The translations under genes were made by a program, and so were the position numbers. Of a stretch of 53,338 nucleotides of DNA, positions 20,153-29,742 are shown in pieces. The notes beneath the pieces were generated by a model. The model ran no database searches, was not told the DNA's origin, and saw only the letters and a program-made list of their open reading frames with translations. The DNA comes from Hyphomicrobiales bacterium (lineage in GTDB: Bacteria; Pseudomonadota; Alphaproteobacteria; Rhizobiales; OSC116), in NCBI GenBank assembly GCA_016744975.1, contig JADGDI010000006.1, positions 1-53,338 on the forward strand. The letters are read 5' to 3'. Each line of letters opens with the position of its first letter. Position 1 is the stretch's first letter.

Positions 20153-21551
20153 ATTTTTCTCGATATTTATTCACCACTTTAAGCGCTAAAATATTTAGCC
20201 CCAATGTGATGATGAATAGAACAAAGCCTAAGGCAAATGCCGCTAGGGTTTTGGGGCTATCAAACTCTTGATCGCCAACCAATAATGTTAAAATCTGCAC
20301 CGTAACTGTGGTTACAGCTTGGAACGGATTGGCGGTAAGATTGGCCGCTAAACCAGCAGCCATTACCACAATCATCGTCTCGCCAATTGCCCGCGATGTG
20401 GCCAGTAAAACTGAGCTCACAATGCCCGGCAAGGCAGCAGGTAGCAGCACCAACTTAATCGTCTCGCCGCGCGTTGCGCCAAGTGCATAAGAGCCATCTC
20501 GCATGGTTTGCGGTACAGCATTAATCACATCATCTGATAAGGATGATACAAATGGGATGATCATCACGCCCATCACCAAACCTGCGGCCAATGCACTTTC
20601 ACTTGAAATTTCCAAACCAAGTTCAAAGCCCCAACCTCGCATTAATGGCGCAACGCTTAATGCCGCGAAAAAACCATAAACCACGGTTGGGATCCCCGCT
20701 AAAATCTCCAGCAAAGGCTTGGCAATATTACGAAATTTTGGACTGGCATATTCGGACATATAAATGGCTGAAAATAAACCAATTGGTACGGCGATTAGCA
20801 TTGCGATGAAGGTGATTAATAATGTGCCTGCAAAAATTGGCACGGCACCAAATGAGCCACTACTAGCCACTTGGTCTGCACGCAAAGCAATTTGCGGTGA
20901 CCAATGTAGCCCAAATAGAAACTCGCTAACTGAGACATGGTCAAAAAACCGAATGGTTTCAAACACTAAGGAAACCACCACGCCAAATGTGGTCAGCACC
21001 GCTACCAAAGAAGATAGCAGCATGATAACAGCAAATATATATTCAACTTTATGACGCGCCATAAACCGCTGCGCAATATTGCGCTGGCTGATTAAAAGCC
21101 CGATAATGGCGGCAGAAACAATCAGCACCATGCCGGCAATATTGGCTTGGTTTTGGATGTTTTTATAACTTTCAACCACGGCTAGTAAGGCTGTATCTAC
21201 AGGGAATTGGCTATTTTCGGCCGCGCGCCTTATAGAAGATTTGAGCAGCTCAACTTTGCCGTCAGCCATCCCAGAAATTTGCTCGCCCAACTGTTTTTCA
21301 AGCAATAAAGACAAAATATTTGGCTCTAAAAACAACCACACAAACATCAATATAAAGCTAGGAATACCGCACCATAAAGCCACATACGCGCCATGAAAAC
21401 CTGGCAATGAATGTAATTTATGTTCGGGCAATTTGCTGTTTAATTTTGGTTTGACAGCCTTGGCGCGCCTTTGGCCGATTTGATAGCCAGCAACAATCAA
21501 GCCAAATAGTATAATGAGTAGGGTTAAATATGACATAACATCATTCCGCAA
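20145..21551 (-). CDS. pstC: Phosphate ABC transporter permease PstC
   Basis: LAGIPTVVYGFF, SYALGAT and SRAIGETMIV. The start may be the ATG at 21536. Confidence 0.97.
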   Translation of the reverse strand: MRNDVMSYLTLLIILFGLIVAGYQIGQRRAKAVKPKLNSKLPEHKLHSLPGFHGAYVALWCGIPSFILMFVWLFLEPNILSLLLEKQLGEQISGMADGKVELLKSSIRRAAENSQFPVDTALLAVVESYKNIQNQANIAGMVLIVSAAIIGLLISQRNIAQRFMARHKVEYIFAVIMLLSSLVAVLTTFGVVVSLVFETIRFFDHVSVSEFLFGLHWSPQIALRADQVASSGSFGAVPIFAGTLLITFIAMLIAVPIGLFSAIYMSEYASPKFRNIAKPLLEILAGIPTVVYGFFAALSVAPLMRGWGFELGLEISSESALAAGLVMGVMIIPFVSSLSDDVINAVPQTMRDGSYALGATRGETIKLVLLPAALPGIVSSVLLATSRAIGETMIVVMAAGLAANLTANPFQAVTTVTVQILTLLVGDQEFDSPKTLAAFALGFVLFIITLGLNILALKVVNKYREKYD

Positions 21552-21574
21552 TTAATTTTCTTGACCTTTTTACG

Positions 21575-21645
21575 CATGTTTCATCAAAAAATCAATTTCA
21601 TATGAACATGCAGTGGGCAAAAACTGTATATTGGCTCTTGCCCAC
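21575..21645 (-). other. Two intergenic hairpins between pstS and pstC (probable mRNA stabiliser or attenuator)
   Basis: GTGGGCAA/TTGCCCAC (21613-21645) and GCATGTTTCAT/ATGAACATGC (21575-21611). Confidence 0.5.
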
Positions 21646-21651
21646 CGATTT

Positions 21652-22728
21652 TTATTCACTATCTAGATTAACGGGTATTTGCTTCTCGGCCGTTTCAATG
21701 ACCAGCTCTAGCGTATCGTCATCTAATGGAATAAGGCCTTTATCAAGTAAATAGCCGTCTTCGCCGATGGCTTTTTCGCTTAAATACTCTTCAGTAAATT
21801 CTTTAAGCCCAGGAATTATACCGATATGTTGCTTTTTAACATAATAATATAACGCCCTTGATATACCATAAGAGCCATCGGCAATATTATCAAAATCAGG
21901 TTCAGCACCATCGATGATTGCGCCTTTAATTTGGTCTTCATTTTGATCTAAAAATGAAAAACCAAAAATACCCAATGCGTTGTGATTGGCTTTTAACTTT
22001 TGCACAATCAGATTGTCATTCTCGCCAGCTTCAATAAATGCGCCATCCTCGCGGATGCCATGTGCGACGGCTTTAAACTTTGTTTTATCGTTTTTCTTAA
22101 GGGCTGCAAGTGATGGAAAATGCTTAGCCCCGCCTTCCATAGCCAATTCTACAAAGGCATCCCGTGTGCCAGAAGTTGGCGGCGGGCCAAGTATTTCGAT
22201 TTTAATATTTGGCAATGATGCGTCAATGTCTGACCATTTTATATAGGGGTTAGCAATTAATTTGCCATCGGCATCGGGTAATAACTTAGCCAAGGCCATA
22301 AAAATTTGTTTTTTGGTTAGTTCAAACGCATCGCCTTGTGCTGCGTTGGCGAGTACTATGCCGTCAAAACCAACTTTAATTTCAATGGCATCAATTGCAT
22401 TTTTTTTGCAATTTTCAATTTCTTTTGCCTTAATACGCCTAGATGCATTAGAAATATCTGGGTAAGCATCGCCAATGCCAGAGCAAAATAACTTCATACC
22501 GCCGCCTGTGCCGGTTGCTTCAACCACTGGGGTTTTAAAACCGCCAACCTTACCAAATTTCTCAGCCACCAAAGATGAGAATGGAAATACGGTGGACGAG
22601 CCAACAATTTGGATTTGATTGCGGGCAAATGTTGTGCTTGCCATTAATGGAATGCTTAGGCTAAATACGGTCATTAATGTGAGCGATTTTTTAATCTGCT
22701 TGCTTAACCGCTTTTTATATATATTCAT
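21652..22728 (-). CDS. pstS: Phosphate ABC transporter substrate-binding protein
   Basis: Signal peptide, VGSSTVFPF, TGTGGGMKLFC and GPPPTSGTRDAF. Confidence 0.96.
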   Translation of the reverse strand: MNIYKKRLSKQIKKSLTLMTVFSLSIPLMASTTFARNQIQIVGSSTVFPFSSLVAEKFGKVGGFKTPVVEATGTGGGMKLFCSGIGDAYPDISNASRRIKAKEIENCKKNAIDAIEIKVGFDGIVLANAAQGDAFELTKKQIFMALAKLLPDADGKLIANPYIKWSDIDASLPNIKIEILGPPPTSGTRDAFVELAMEGGAKHFPSLAALKKNDKTKFKAVAHGIREDGAFIEAGENDNLIVQKLKANHNALGIFGFSFLDQNEDQIKGAIIDGAEPDFDNIADGSYGISRALYYYVKKQHIGIIPGLKEFTEEYLSEKAIGEDGYLLDKGLIPLDDDTLELVIETAEKQIPVNLDSE

Positions 22729-22798
22729 AAGAGTCTCCTATCGACTATATTATGAGAATAATCTGTCTAACGAACAATATTGAATATATAGGTCATAT

Positions 22799-22816
22799 AT
22801 TACAGTTTTATGACAG
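22799..22816 (-). promoter_or_regulatory. Pho box upstream of pstS
   Basis: Minus strand CTGTCAT-AAAA-CTGTAAT, one mismatch to the CTGTCAT-N4-CTGTCAT consensus. Confidence 0.93.
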
Positions 22817-22835
22817 GCTGTATTTATAAAAGATA

Positions 22836-24107
22836 TTATAAAACTTTGTTAAAATATAGTGAAACCTTTGTACCATCGCCCAACTTGCTTTGGAATTTTA
22901 TCTCTCCGCTATGGCGTGCCACAATATGTTTAACAATGGCTAAACCAAGCCCCGTTCCACGGGTTTTATGGGCGCTTGAAATTCGGTAAAACCGTTCGGT
23001 CAAACGTGGTAAATCTTGCTCAGCAATGCCGCGGCCAAAATCTGTAACGCTAATGGTAAATTGGTTTGTATTTGGCGCTTGAGTTAAGCTGAGTATCACT
23101 TTATTTTCTACCCGCGTGGCAATTTGGCCATATTTAAATGCATTGTCTAACAAATTATTGAGCAATTGAACCAATTGGTCATGATCACCTTTAATCATTG
23201 CAATTTTTATTTCGGCATTAAATTCTAGTGTGATATTTCTTTCTTTTGCCAGTAATTCAAGGCTGTTAAAACATGAATAGCAAATATCATACAGGTTGGT
23301 GCTTTGTTGCGGTTTGATGTGTAAATTCATTTCCAATTGTGATAATGATAATAAATCATCGATCAACCGACGCATCCGTTTTGCTTGTTCTTGCATGATG
23401 CTTAAAAACTGTGTTCGCGCGTTGATATCATCTTGTGCGGGGCCTTGTAAGGTTTCAATAAAGCCGCTGATCGAGGCGAGGGGGGTTCGAAGTTCATGGC
23501 TGGCGTTAGCAACAAAATCTGCTCGCATTTGATCCAATTGTTGGTCTTTGGTTAGATCACGAAAGGTAAAGCAGTATAATATCTCAGAATCTGTAATTTT
23601 TATAGGCTTGATGTTTAGTGAAAAATGTCGCTCGACATGATTGGTTAGCTCAAAGTCAAATTGTGCCGCCATGCCGTCACGCTTTACCTGTTCATAAACT
23701 GTGATTACTTGTGGAATGCGCAATAGGCTTGAATAATGTGCGCCAATATAGTTGGGCAGTTGCGCATCACTAGCATTTTCGATAAATGCATTTAATAATG
23801 CCAGATTTAAATGGGTTATCTGGTCTTGTTGATTGATCAAAAGCGTCGGAAATATTTGCGCCTTTATATAATGACTAAGCACTTGATTTGACTGATTAAC
23901 AGATTCTATCGGCTTTAAACTTTCTTTCAACTTTTTACGTTGAATATGATAAGCCTTATAAAAAACATAAGTTAATTGACCCAATATGCATATGATAATG
24001 GCAATATACCAATGGGTAACGCCAATATAATAAGCGCCAATTAGCAATAGGGCGGCAAGCCCTAAAATTTCTATAATCGATTTCTTTATGATTTGATAAA
24101 TTTCCAT
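22836..24107 (-). CDS. phoR: Phosphate regulon sensor histidine kinase
   Basis: N-terminal TM segments, PAS-like region, H-box FVANASHELRTPL, NLLDNAFKY, DFGRGI, ERFYR and GTGLGL; sits upstream of pstS. Confidence 0.92.
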   Translation of the reverse strand: MEIYQIIKKSIIEILGLAALLLIGAYYIGVTHWYIAIIICILGQLTYVFYKAYHIQRKKLKESLKPIESVNQSNQVLSHYIKAQIFPTLLINQQDQITHLNLALLNAFIENASDAQLPNYIGAHYSSLLRIPQVITVYEQVKRDGMAAQFDFELTNHVERHFSLNIKPIKITDSEILYCFTFRDLTKDQQLDQMRADFVANASHELRTPLASISGFIETLQGPAQDDINARTQFLSIMQEQAKRMRRLIDDLLSLSQLEMNLHIKPQQSTNLYDICYSCFNSLELLAKERNITLEFNAEIKIAMIKGDHDQLVQLLNNLLDNAFKYGQIATRVENKVILSLTQAPNTNQFTISVTDFGRGIAEQDLPRLTERFYRISSAHKTRGTGLGLAIVKHIVARHSGEIKFQSKLGDGTKVSLYFNKVL

Positions 24108-24258
24108 CGTCTCACCAAATTGTTGGGTTTTTATAGCTTAAATGCGCTAATTTACCAATCCTATTTCCATGAAGCCAAGCTTTAAACGAAGCTTTTTTTG
24201 ACATATACATTACTTCAAAGCCCTTCTTGAAAAAATGTTTAGCAGCTAGAAGTCACAT

Positions 24259-25404
24259 CTATAAATTCTTTAAAAGCTCAGATCGAAAATCACTTGGGGT
24301 TTTACCTGTATGCTTCTTGAATGCAGTATTGAATGTTGATCGAGAGTTAAACCCTGATTCATAAGCGACTTGGAGTAGGTTAATATTTTTGTTTTCAAGT
24401 TTTGAGGAAGCGTCTTTAATTCGCCAACTATTTACGAAATCATAAAAATTTTGTTTCATAACTTGGTTTAAAACTTGTGATATATTATTTTCGGTAATAC
24501 TGGTTTTCGTTGATAGTTTACCTAGAGTTAACATCGGGTCACGATGTAATTGATGATTTGCCATAGCATTGACCAGCTTTCGCTCAATTCGCAATCTATC
24601 TTCAATACCAATTTTGGATTTTAAGTATGCTCTTTTTTTGGCTTGCTCATTGGTTTTGTTTGGCACGTTGATGGGGCTTTGTCGCATCGCAAGATGGCCA
24701 AATGAAGCAATCCAACACAGCTCTGTTATCGTGAAAACTGTTTTATCAATGCCCACACCCAAAATATTTTCAGGCAAAAACCAATAAAGTGTAGAAACAG
24801 CAAAGGCCAAAGTTAATACTAACATCATCCAGCGTATCCATGACAGGTCTTTGTTTTTTAAGTTAGAAAAATAGGCTTTAATGTTAACAAGGTTTTTCGT
24901 TAAAGCCATGAATGTCAGACACAAATATGTGAATGAAAACGGGATATAAATAATCAGCGCAAATATTGGCAAATATGTAATATATGATAAATGCTGCAGA
25001 CTTCCTTTTTGTTCACTTAACCGTTCAATTTTAATTTCGTTATCCAATAGAAAATAAGGGAGGCATAAAAAAGCTGCAACGAAAAACCCTCCCCATAATT
25101 TTATATATTTCTGAATTTTTGGCTCTACCTCGGCATTGGTTAAAATACGGATATAGTAGTAAATGGATGGGGTAAGTAAAAAAAGAAATGGAATATAAGC
25201 ATTGACAAGCCATGGGCTATATTTCCATAAATCATGCATCCAAATTAAATCATCAAGCTGGCTAATTGTATTACAGGTAAAAAAAGTGGCTAGATACCTA
25301 AAGCGAGGGGTGTTTGACAGTAAGACTGATTGATATGTCAAAAATGCTGTCATCCCTATCAGGGCGCATAATAGACCAAAGTTTATCGCTTCAATAAAAT
25401 GCAC
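24259..25404 (-). CDS. Membrane-anchored AraC-family regulator (about 6-7 TM segments plus C-terminal HTH)
   Basis: Hydrophobic N-terminal 240 aa; C-terminal ISQVLN...NFYDFVNSWRI...VAYESGFNSRSTFNTAFKKHTGKTPS; GTG start. Confidence 0.92.
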   Translation of the reverse strand: MHFIEAINFGLLCALIGMTAFLTYQSVLLSNTPRFRYLATFFTCNTISQLDDLIWMHDLWKYSPWLVNAYIPFLFLLTPSIYYYIRILTNAEVEPKIQKYIKLWGGFFVAAFLCLPYFLLDNEIKIERLSEQKGSLQHLSYITYLPIFALIIYIPFSFTYLCLTFMALTKNLVNIKAYFSNLKNKDLSWIRWMMLVLTLAFAVSTLYWFLPENILGVGIDKTVFTITELCWIASFGHLAMRQSPINVPNKTNEQAKKRAYLKSKIGIEDRLRIERKLVNAMANHQLHRDPMLTLGKLSTKTSITENNISQVLNQVMKQNFYDFVNSWRIKDASSKLENKNINLLQVAYESGFNSRSTFNTAFKKHTGKTPSDFRSELLKNL

Positions 25405-25507
25405 AGAAATCCCAACAAATAATGTCCTATCCGACTGGTTAGGACGACAATATCAACTTACCAAAGTATTTTTTCTTTTCTGATAACATATTGAAAAGGA
25501 AAAATTA

Positions 25508-26335
25508 ATGAATAGATTTAACTTACAAACCACTTGTGATCAACAAAAGGAATTTAGAACGATAAAAAAGGCACGGTTTTGGAGTCAGCTATTGCTTTTT
25601 GTAACGGCACTTTTATTGATAGTCATTTCAAGAGAGTATTTTTTAAATCAGTTAATTATAGCAAAAGTTGAATCTTATCAAACGCATACATTTTTAGGGA
25701 TTGGTGCAAATATAGTTTTAATTTTTGTTTCACTATTTTTCATAAAAACAAACGGACTTTCAAAAGTTGCAGGAATAAGTGATGTGAGTTTAAGCAGGTG
25801 GCCTTTATTGTTGTTTCCATTTTTATATTTAGTGCTACTTAACGCCTTAACGATGGATGCCTTAAATTTTGAATTGATTTTACCCAATTTATTAACGCTA
25901 ATAGTTTATGTAATTTCAGTTGGAATAGCTGAGGAATTAAGCATCCGAGGTTTCCTCCAGTCACATTTGTTAAGTATATTTAGTAAGACCAAAAGGGGTG
26001 TTGTTTTTTCTGTATTCATTGCTTCCTTATTCTTTGGGGTTATTCATTTGATCAATTTTGATAAGGGACTTTATGGTGAAATATCCCAAGTGTTTTATGC
26101 AACTTTTATTGGCTTAACTTTTGGGTTTCTACTGATCATAACTAAAAGTATTTATCCCTTAATTATTATTCACGCCATAAACAACTTTATAGCAGGTTTG
26201 GATTCGGCAGGCGCTCCAATTATAGAAAAGATAAGCAACCCGACATCACTCGAAAATGCCATTTTGATAGTTTTTTTAGCATTGCCATGTTTTCTGTATG
26301 GGTTATTTTTAATTAGAAAAATGGATAAAATATAA
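25508..26335 (+). CDS. CPBP (CAAX protease/Abi) family intramembrane metalloprotease
   Basis: Motifs EELSIRG, FGVIH and HAINN in a multi-TM protein. Confidence 0.92.
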   Translation: MNRFNLQTTCDQQKEFRTIKKARFWSQLLLFVTALLLIVISREYFLNQLIIAKVESYQTHTFLGIGANIVLIFVSLFFIKTNGLSKVAGISDVSLSRWPLLLFPFLYLVLLNALTMDALNFELILPNLLTLIVYVISVGIAEELSIRGFLQSHLLSIFSKTKRGVVFSVFIASLFFGVIHLINFDKGLYGEISQVFYATFIGLTFGFLLIITKSIYPLIIIHAINNFIAGLDSAGAPIIEKISNPTSLENAILIVFLALPCFLYGLFLIRKMDKI

Positions 26336-26455
26336 ATTTATTATTGAAAAGACTGTAGATTAAGGCAAATGTTCGCTGGCGGGGCATTATTCGGTGAGGG
26401 GCGCATTATAAGAATTGTTTATTGTGCAATTATTTGGATATGTTGCTGGGTTTTA

Positions 26456-26482
26456 AGTGTCCGCTTAATTTAAGTGGACACT
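26456..26482. repeat. 27-bp palindrome
   Basis: AGTGTCCGCTTAA-T-TTAAGTGGACACT, 12 of 13 Watson-Crick pairs plus one G-T. Confidence 0.8.
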
Positions 26483-26661
26483 ATCTACGGTCAAAAGAAC
26501 CTTATTTTTATAATGTTTAAACTTGATCAATCATCATCATATTTTAATAGGCTGCCCAACCATAGATTATAAAAATTCTAATAATGCGGCTAACTGACTG
26601 ATTTGTATTTGCTGATTTTAATCAAGTAAACCTAAGTTAAGCATATGATATAAATATATAT

Positions 26662-26768
26662 TTTTGAATCATTATAAACTAAAACTTATCCCAAGTTTTT
26701 TGGTTGGGTATGCACGATTCATCTTGCATATCATTATCAACATCAAATATGATGCGAACAATTCTTAA
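26662..26768 (+). promoter_or_regulatory. Iron-regulator boxes upstream of the imelysin operon
   Basis: Fur-like TTGCATATCATTATCAA (26724-26740) and ATGCGAACAATTCTTAA (26752-26768); Irr/ICE-like TTTTGAA-TCA-TTATAAA (26662-26678). Confidence 0.65.
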
Positions 26769-26804
26769 TTGCTATTTGCTAATTATAACCAACAGGATAA
26801 GCCA

Positions 26805-28064
26805 ATGAACAAACTCACCTTAGCCGCAGCCATCGCCGCTTCGCTCTTTTCGACCAGTGCCATAGCAGGTACTGCGCCAGATGCTAAAGCAGTATTAAAC
26901 ACTTATGCAAATATTGCATATGCAGGTTATGAAGACAGCCTAAACACTGCAAAAGCTTTAGAAGCTGCAATTGGTGCATTGGTTGCAAAGCCTTCTGACG
27001 TAACTTTGGCGGCTGCAAAAACCGCATGGCTTGCAGCGCGTGTACCCTATCAACAAACTGAAGCTTACCGTTTTGGTAACGCCATTGTTGATGATTTTGA
27101 AGGAAAGGTGAATGCTTGGCCGTTAGATGAAGGTTTGATTGATTATGTTGACGCCTCTTACGGAACAGAATCAGACGAAAACCCATTTTTTAATGCCAAT
27201 GTAATTGCGAATGCAAAATTAAACGTGGCTGGCAAAATGGTAGATGCAAGTAATATCACTAAAACGTTATTAGCAGAAACATTGCAAGAAGCCGATGAAG
27301 TTGAAGCAAATGTTGCGACAGGCTATCATGCAATCGAGTTTTTGCTTTGGGGCCAAGATTTAAACGGTACAGATGCTGGTGCAGGCAACCGCCCAGCTTC
27401 TGACTATGACACAGCCAATTGTACAGGTGGCAATTGTGATCGCCGCGCACAATATTTAACCTCTGTTACTGCTTTGCTAGTGGATGATCTGGTTGAGATT
27501 ACTGCCGCTTGGGCAGAGGGTGGTGCTGCTCGTGCTGAACTTGCAGATAATGGCGTTGCAGCCATATTTACTGGCCTTGGTTCTCTGTCATATGGCGAGC
27601 TTGCAGGTGAGCGCATTAAACTTGGTTTGATGGTGCATGACCCAGAAGAAGAGCATGATTGCTTCTCTGATAACACGCATAACTCCCATTATTATGACAT
27701 TCTTGGAATGCAAAATGTTTACACTGGTAGTTATACACGTGTTGACGGCAGTGTGGTTGAAGGCCCATCGGTTGAAGACTTACTTGCTGCAAAAAATGCT
27801 GATTTGGCCAAATCGCTTACTGCCAATATCGCAGCTTCCGTAAAAGCCGGTGCTGACATGGTTGCGCGTGCTGAAGGTGGTGAAGCCTATGACCAAATGA
27901 TCGGTGAGGGCAACACAGAAGGCAACCAAGTGTTGCAAAATGTAGTAGATGCTTTGATTGTACAAACCAAATCACTTGAAAAAGCAGTTGCGACGCTTGG
28001 CCTTAAAGCCATTGAATTTGAAGGGTCAGACAGTCTGGACGCACCAGAAAAGGTTGCTGGCTAA
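26805..28064 (+). CDS. Imelysin-family (peptidase M75) iron-regulated protein, IrpA-like
   Basis: Signal peptide from ATG 26805 (AGGA RBS), VNAWPLDEGLIDY, GYHAIEFLLWGQD (GxHxxE) and EEEHDCFSDNT. Confidence 0.93.
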   Translation: MNKLTLAAAIAASLFSTSAIAGTAPDAKAVLNTYANIAYAGYEDSLNTAKALEAAIGALVAKPSDVTLAAAKTAWLAARVPYQQTEAYRFGNAIVDDFEGKVNAWPLDEGLIDYVDASYGTESDENPFFNANVIANAKLNVAGKMVDASNITKTLLAETLQEADEVEANVATGYHAIEFLLWGQDLNGTDAGAGNRPASDYDTANCTGGNCDRRAQYLTSVTALLVDDLVEITAAWAEGGAARAELADNGVAAIFTGLGSLSYGELAGERIKLGLMVHDPEEEHDCFSDNTHNSHYYDILGMQNVYTGSYTRVDGSVVEGPSVEDLLAAKNADLAKSLTANIAASVKAGADMVARAEGGEAYDQMIGEGNTEGNQVLQNVVDALIVQTKSLEKAVATLGLKAIEFEGSDSLDAPEKVAG

Positions 28065-28147
28065 ATAATTTTTTCCAACATTTTGTTGGCAAGAAGTTAT
28101 TCAGGCAATTTACGAATGTAGTATTCGCTAATAAATTGTCTTAATAT

Positions 28148-28193
28148 TCGTGTTCAAATGCATTGTGGGGGTGCGTTTGAACGCGATTTTTTT
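28148..28193 (+). terminator. Intra-operon terminator or attenuator hairpin
   Basis: TCGTGTTCAAATGCAT pairs with GTGCGTTTGAACGCGA (G-U pairs on the + strand), followed by T7. Confidence 0.7.
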
Positions 28194-28208
28194 GTTTAGA
28201 GCTAGGAG

Positions 28209-29723
28209 ATGTTGATGCATATCAATATATCAAACAAACTGCTACTGTTGATAAGCTTGAGTGCTGTAATCATACCTATTTCAAATTCTACAAATGCTGA
28301 GATATTAACCAAACGCCAACAGCTCGTTGTCCCGACACAAGACTTTAACCAAGCAGAGAAATTTGAGCATTACCCTGGTGGTACAGTTGGTAAATTTATC
28401 AAACAAGGCCGCAAAAGCTTATCGCAACCCTCAGCAGGATTATCTGCAGATGACGCGATGGATTTTAACATTGGCCGCAGCATGTTTAAAAAGCTCTGGG
28501 CGCCAGCGCCTGCGGCAACCCAGGCATCCAATGGTTTGGGGCCATTATTCAATGCTAGGTCATGTTTGTCCTGCCATATCGGCAATGGGCGCGGCCATGC
28601 GCCAGATGTTGGTTTTCCCAATGAAGATGCCAATTCGATGCTCATTCGTCTCAGCATAAAACCGCAAAATAAAGCAGACGAAGCTTTGCTGAAATCTGGC
28701 AAAGTAACTTCCATTAATGAGCCAACTTATGGCGGCCAGTTGCAAGATATTGGTATTACTGGTTTTGCTCCAGAAGGTAAGATATCGGTTAACTGGGCGT
28801 ATAGTTTGGTTGAACTGCAAGATGGACAAAAAGTAGAGCTTAGAAAACCTGAGTTTTCAATCAACAATTTGGCATATGGCCCGATGCATAAAGACATGAT
28901 GCTGTCCCCGCGTATTGCAACGCAAATGGTTGGCATGGGGTTGATTGATACAATTGACGCGTTGGATATTATGGCAAATGCTGACCCAGATGATCTAGAT
29001 GGTGATGGCATATCAGGCAAGGCCAACATGGTGTGGGATGAAGACCAACAAGAAACCATGCTTGGTCGATTTGGTTGGAAGGCAGGGCAGCCCAATTTAC
29101 ACCAGCAAGTTGCTGCCGCATTTTCTGGTGATATCGGCATTAACAGCCCGTTATTCAAAGCGCCATCAGGGGATTGTACGGTAAACCAACAAACATGTTT
29201 GGGCGCGCCAAATGGCAACACAGATATTATGGGGAAATTAGAACTTTCTGAAGAATTACTACGTCTAACCAGTTTTTTCAACGCCAATTTAGCGGTGCCG
29301 CATCGCAAATCAGCAAACCAAGAAAATATCCTATTAGGCAAACAAGCTTTTTATCAATCAGGTTGCATATCCTGTCACAAACCGAAATTTGTCACTGGCG
29401 AAACCTCACCTTATAGCAACTTGTATAATGAGCTAATCTGGCCATATTCAGATTTTCTATTGCATGATATGGGCAGTGGGTTGGCAGATAACCACCCCGA
29501 AGGTAAAGCCACTGGCACCGAATGGCGCACCGCACCATTATGGGCGCTGGGCGATTCTAAATATTTGGGAAAAAGCTGGCAATTATTACATGATGGCCGC
29601 GCCAGAAACATTGAAGAAGCTATATTATGGCATGATGGTGAGGCGTTAAATGCCAAAGAAAACTATAAAAGTTTGAATAAAATTGAGCGGAAAGCACTTG
29701 TTGAATTTGTAAAATCACTTTAG
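28209..29723 (+). CDS. Di-haem oxidoreductase family protein (DUF1111/DHOR)
   Basis: Two CxxCH motifs (CLSCH, CISCH), GLGPLFN, GRFGWKA, LLHDMG, WRTAPLW and LHDGRAR. Confidence 0.93.
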   Translation: MLMHINISNKLLLLISLSAVIIPISNSTNAEILTKRQQLVVPTQDFNQAEKFEHYPGGTVGKFIKQGRKSLSQPSAGLSADDAMDFNIGRSMFKKLWAPAPAATQASNGLGPLFNARSCLSCHIGNGRGHAPDVGFPNEDANSMLIRLSIKPQNKADEALLKSGKVTSINEPTYGGQLQDIGITGFAPEGKISVNWAYSLVELQDGQKVELRKPEFSINNLAYGPMHKDMMLSPRIATQMVGMGLIDTIDALDIMANADPDDLDGDGISGKANMVWDEDQQETMLGRFGWKAGQPNLHQQVAAAFSGDIGINSPLFKAPSGDCTVNQQTCLGAPNGNTDIMGKLELSEELLRLTSFFNANLAVPHRKSANQENILLGKQAFYQSGCISCHKPKFVTGETSPYSNLYNELIWPYSDFLLHDMGSGLADNHPEGKATGTEWRTAPLWALGDSKYLGKSWQLLHDGRARNIEEAILWHDGEALNAKENYKSLNKIERKALVEFVKSL

Positions 29724-29742
29724 AATAAAGGTTAAAAATATA

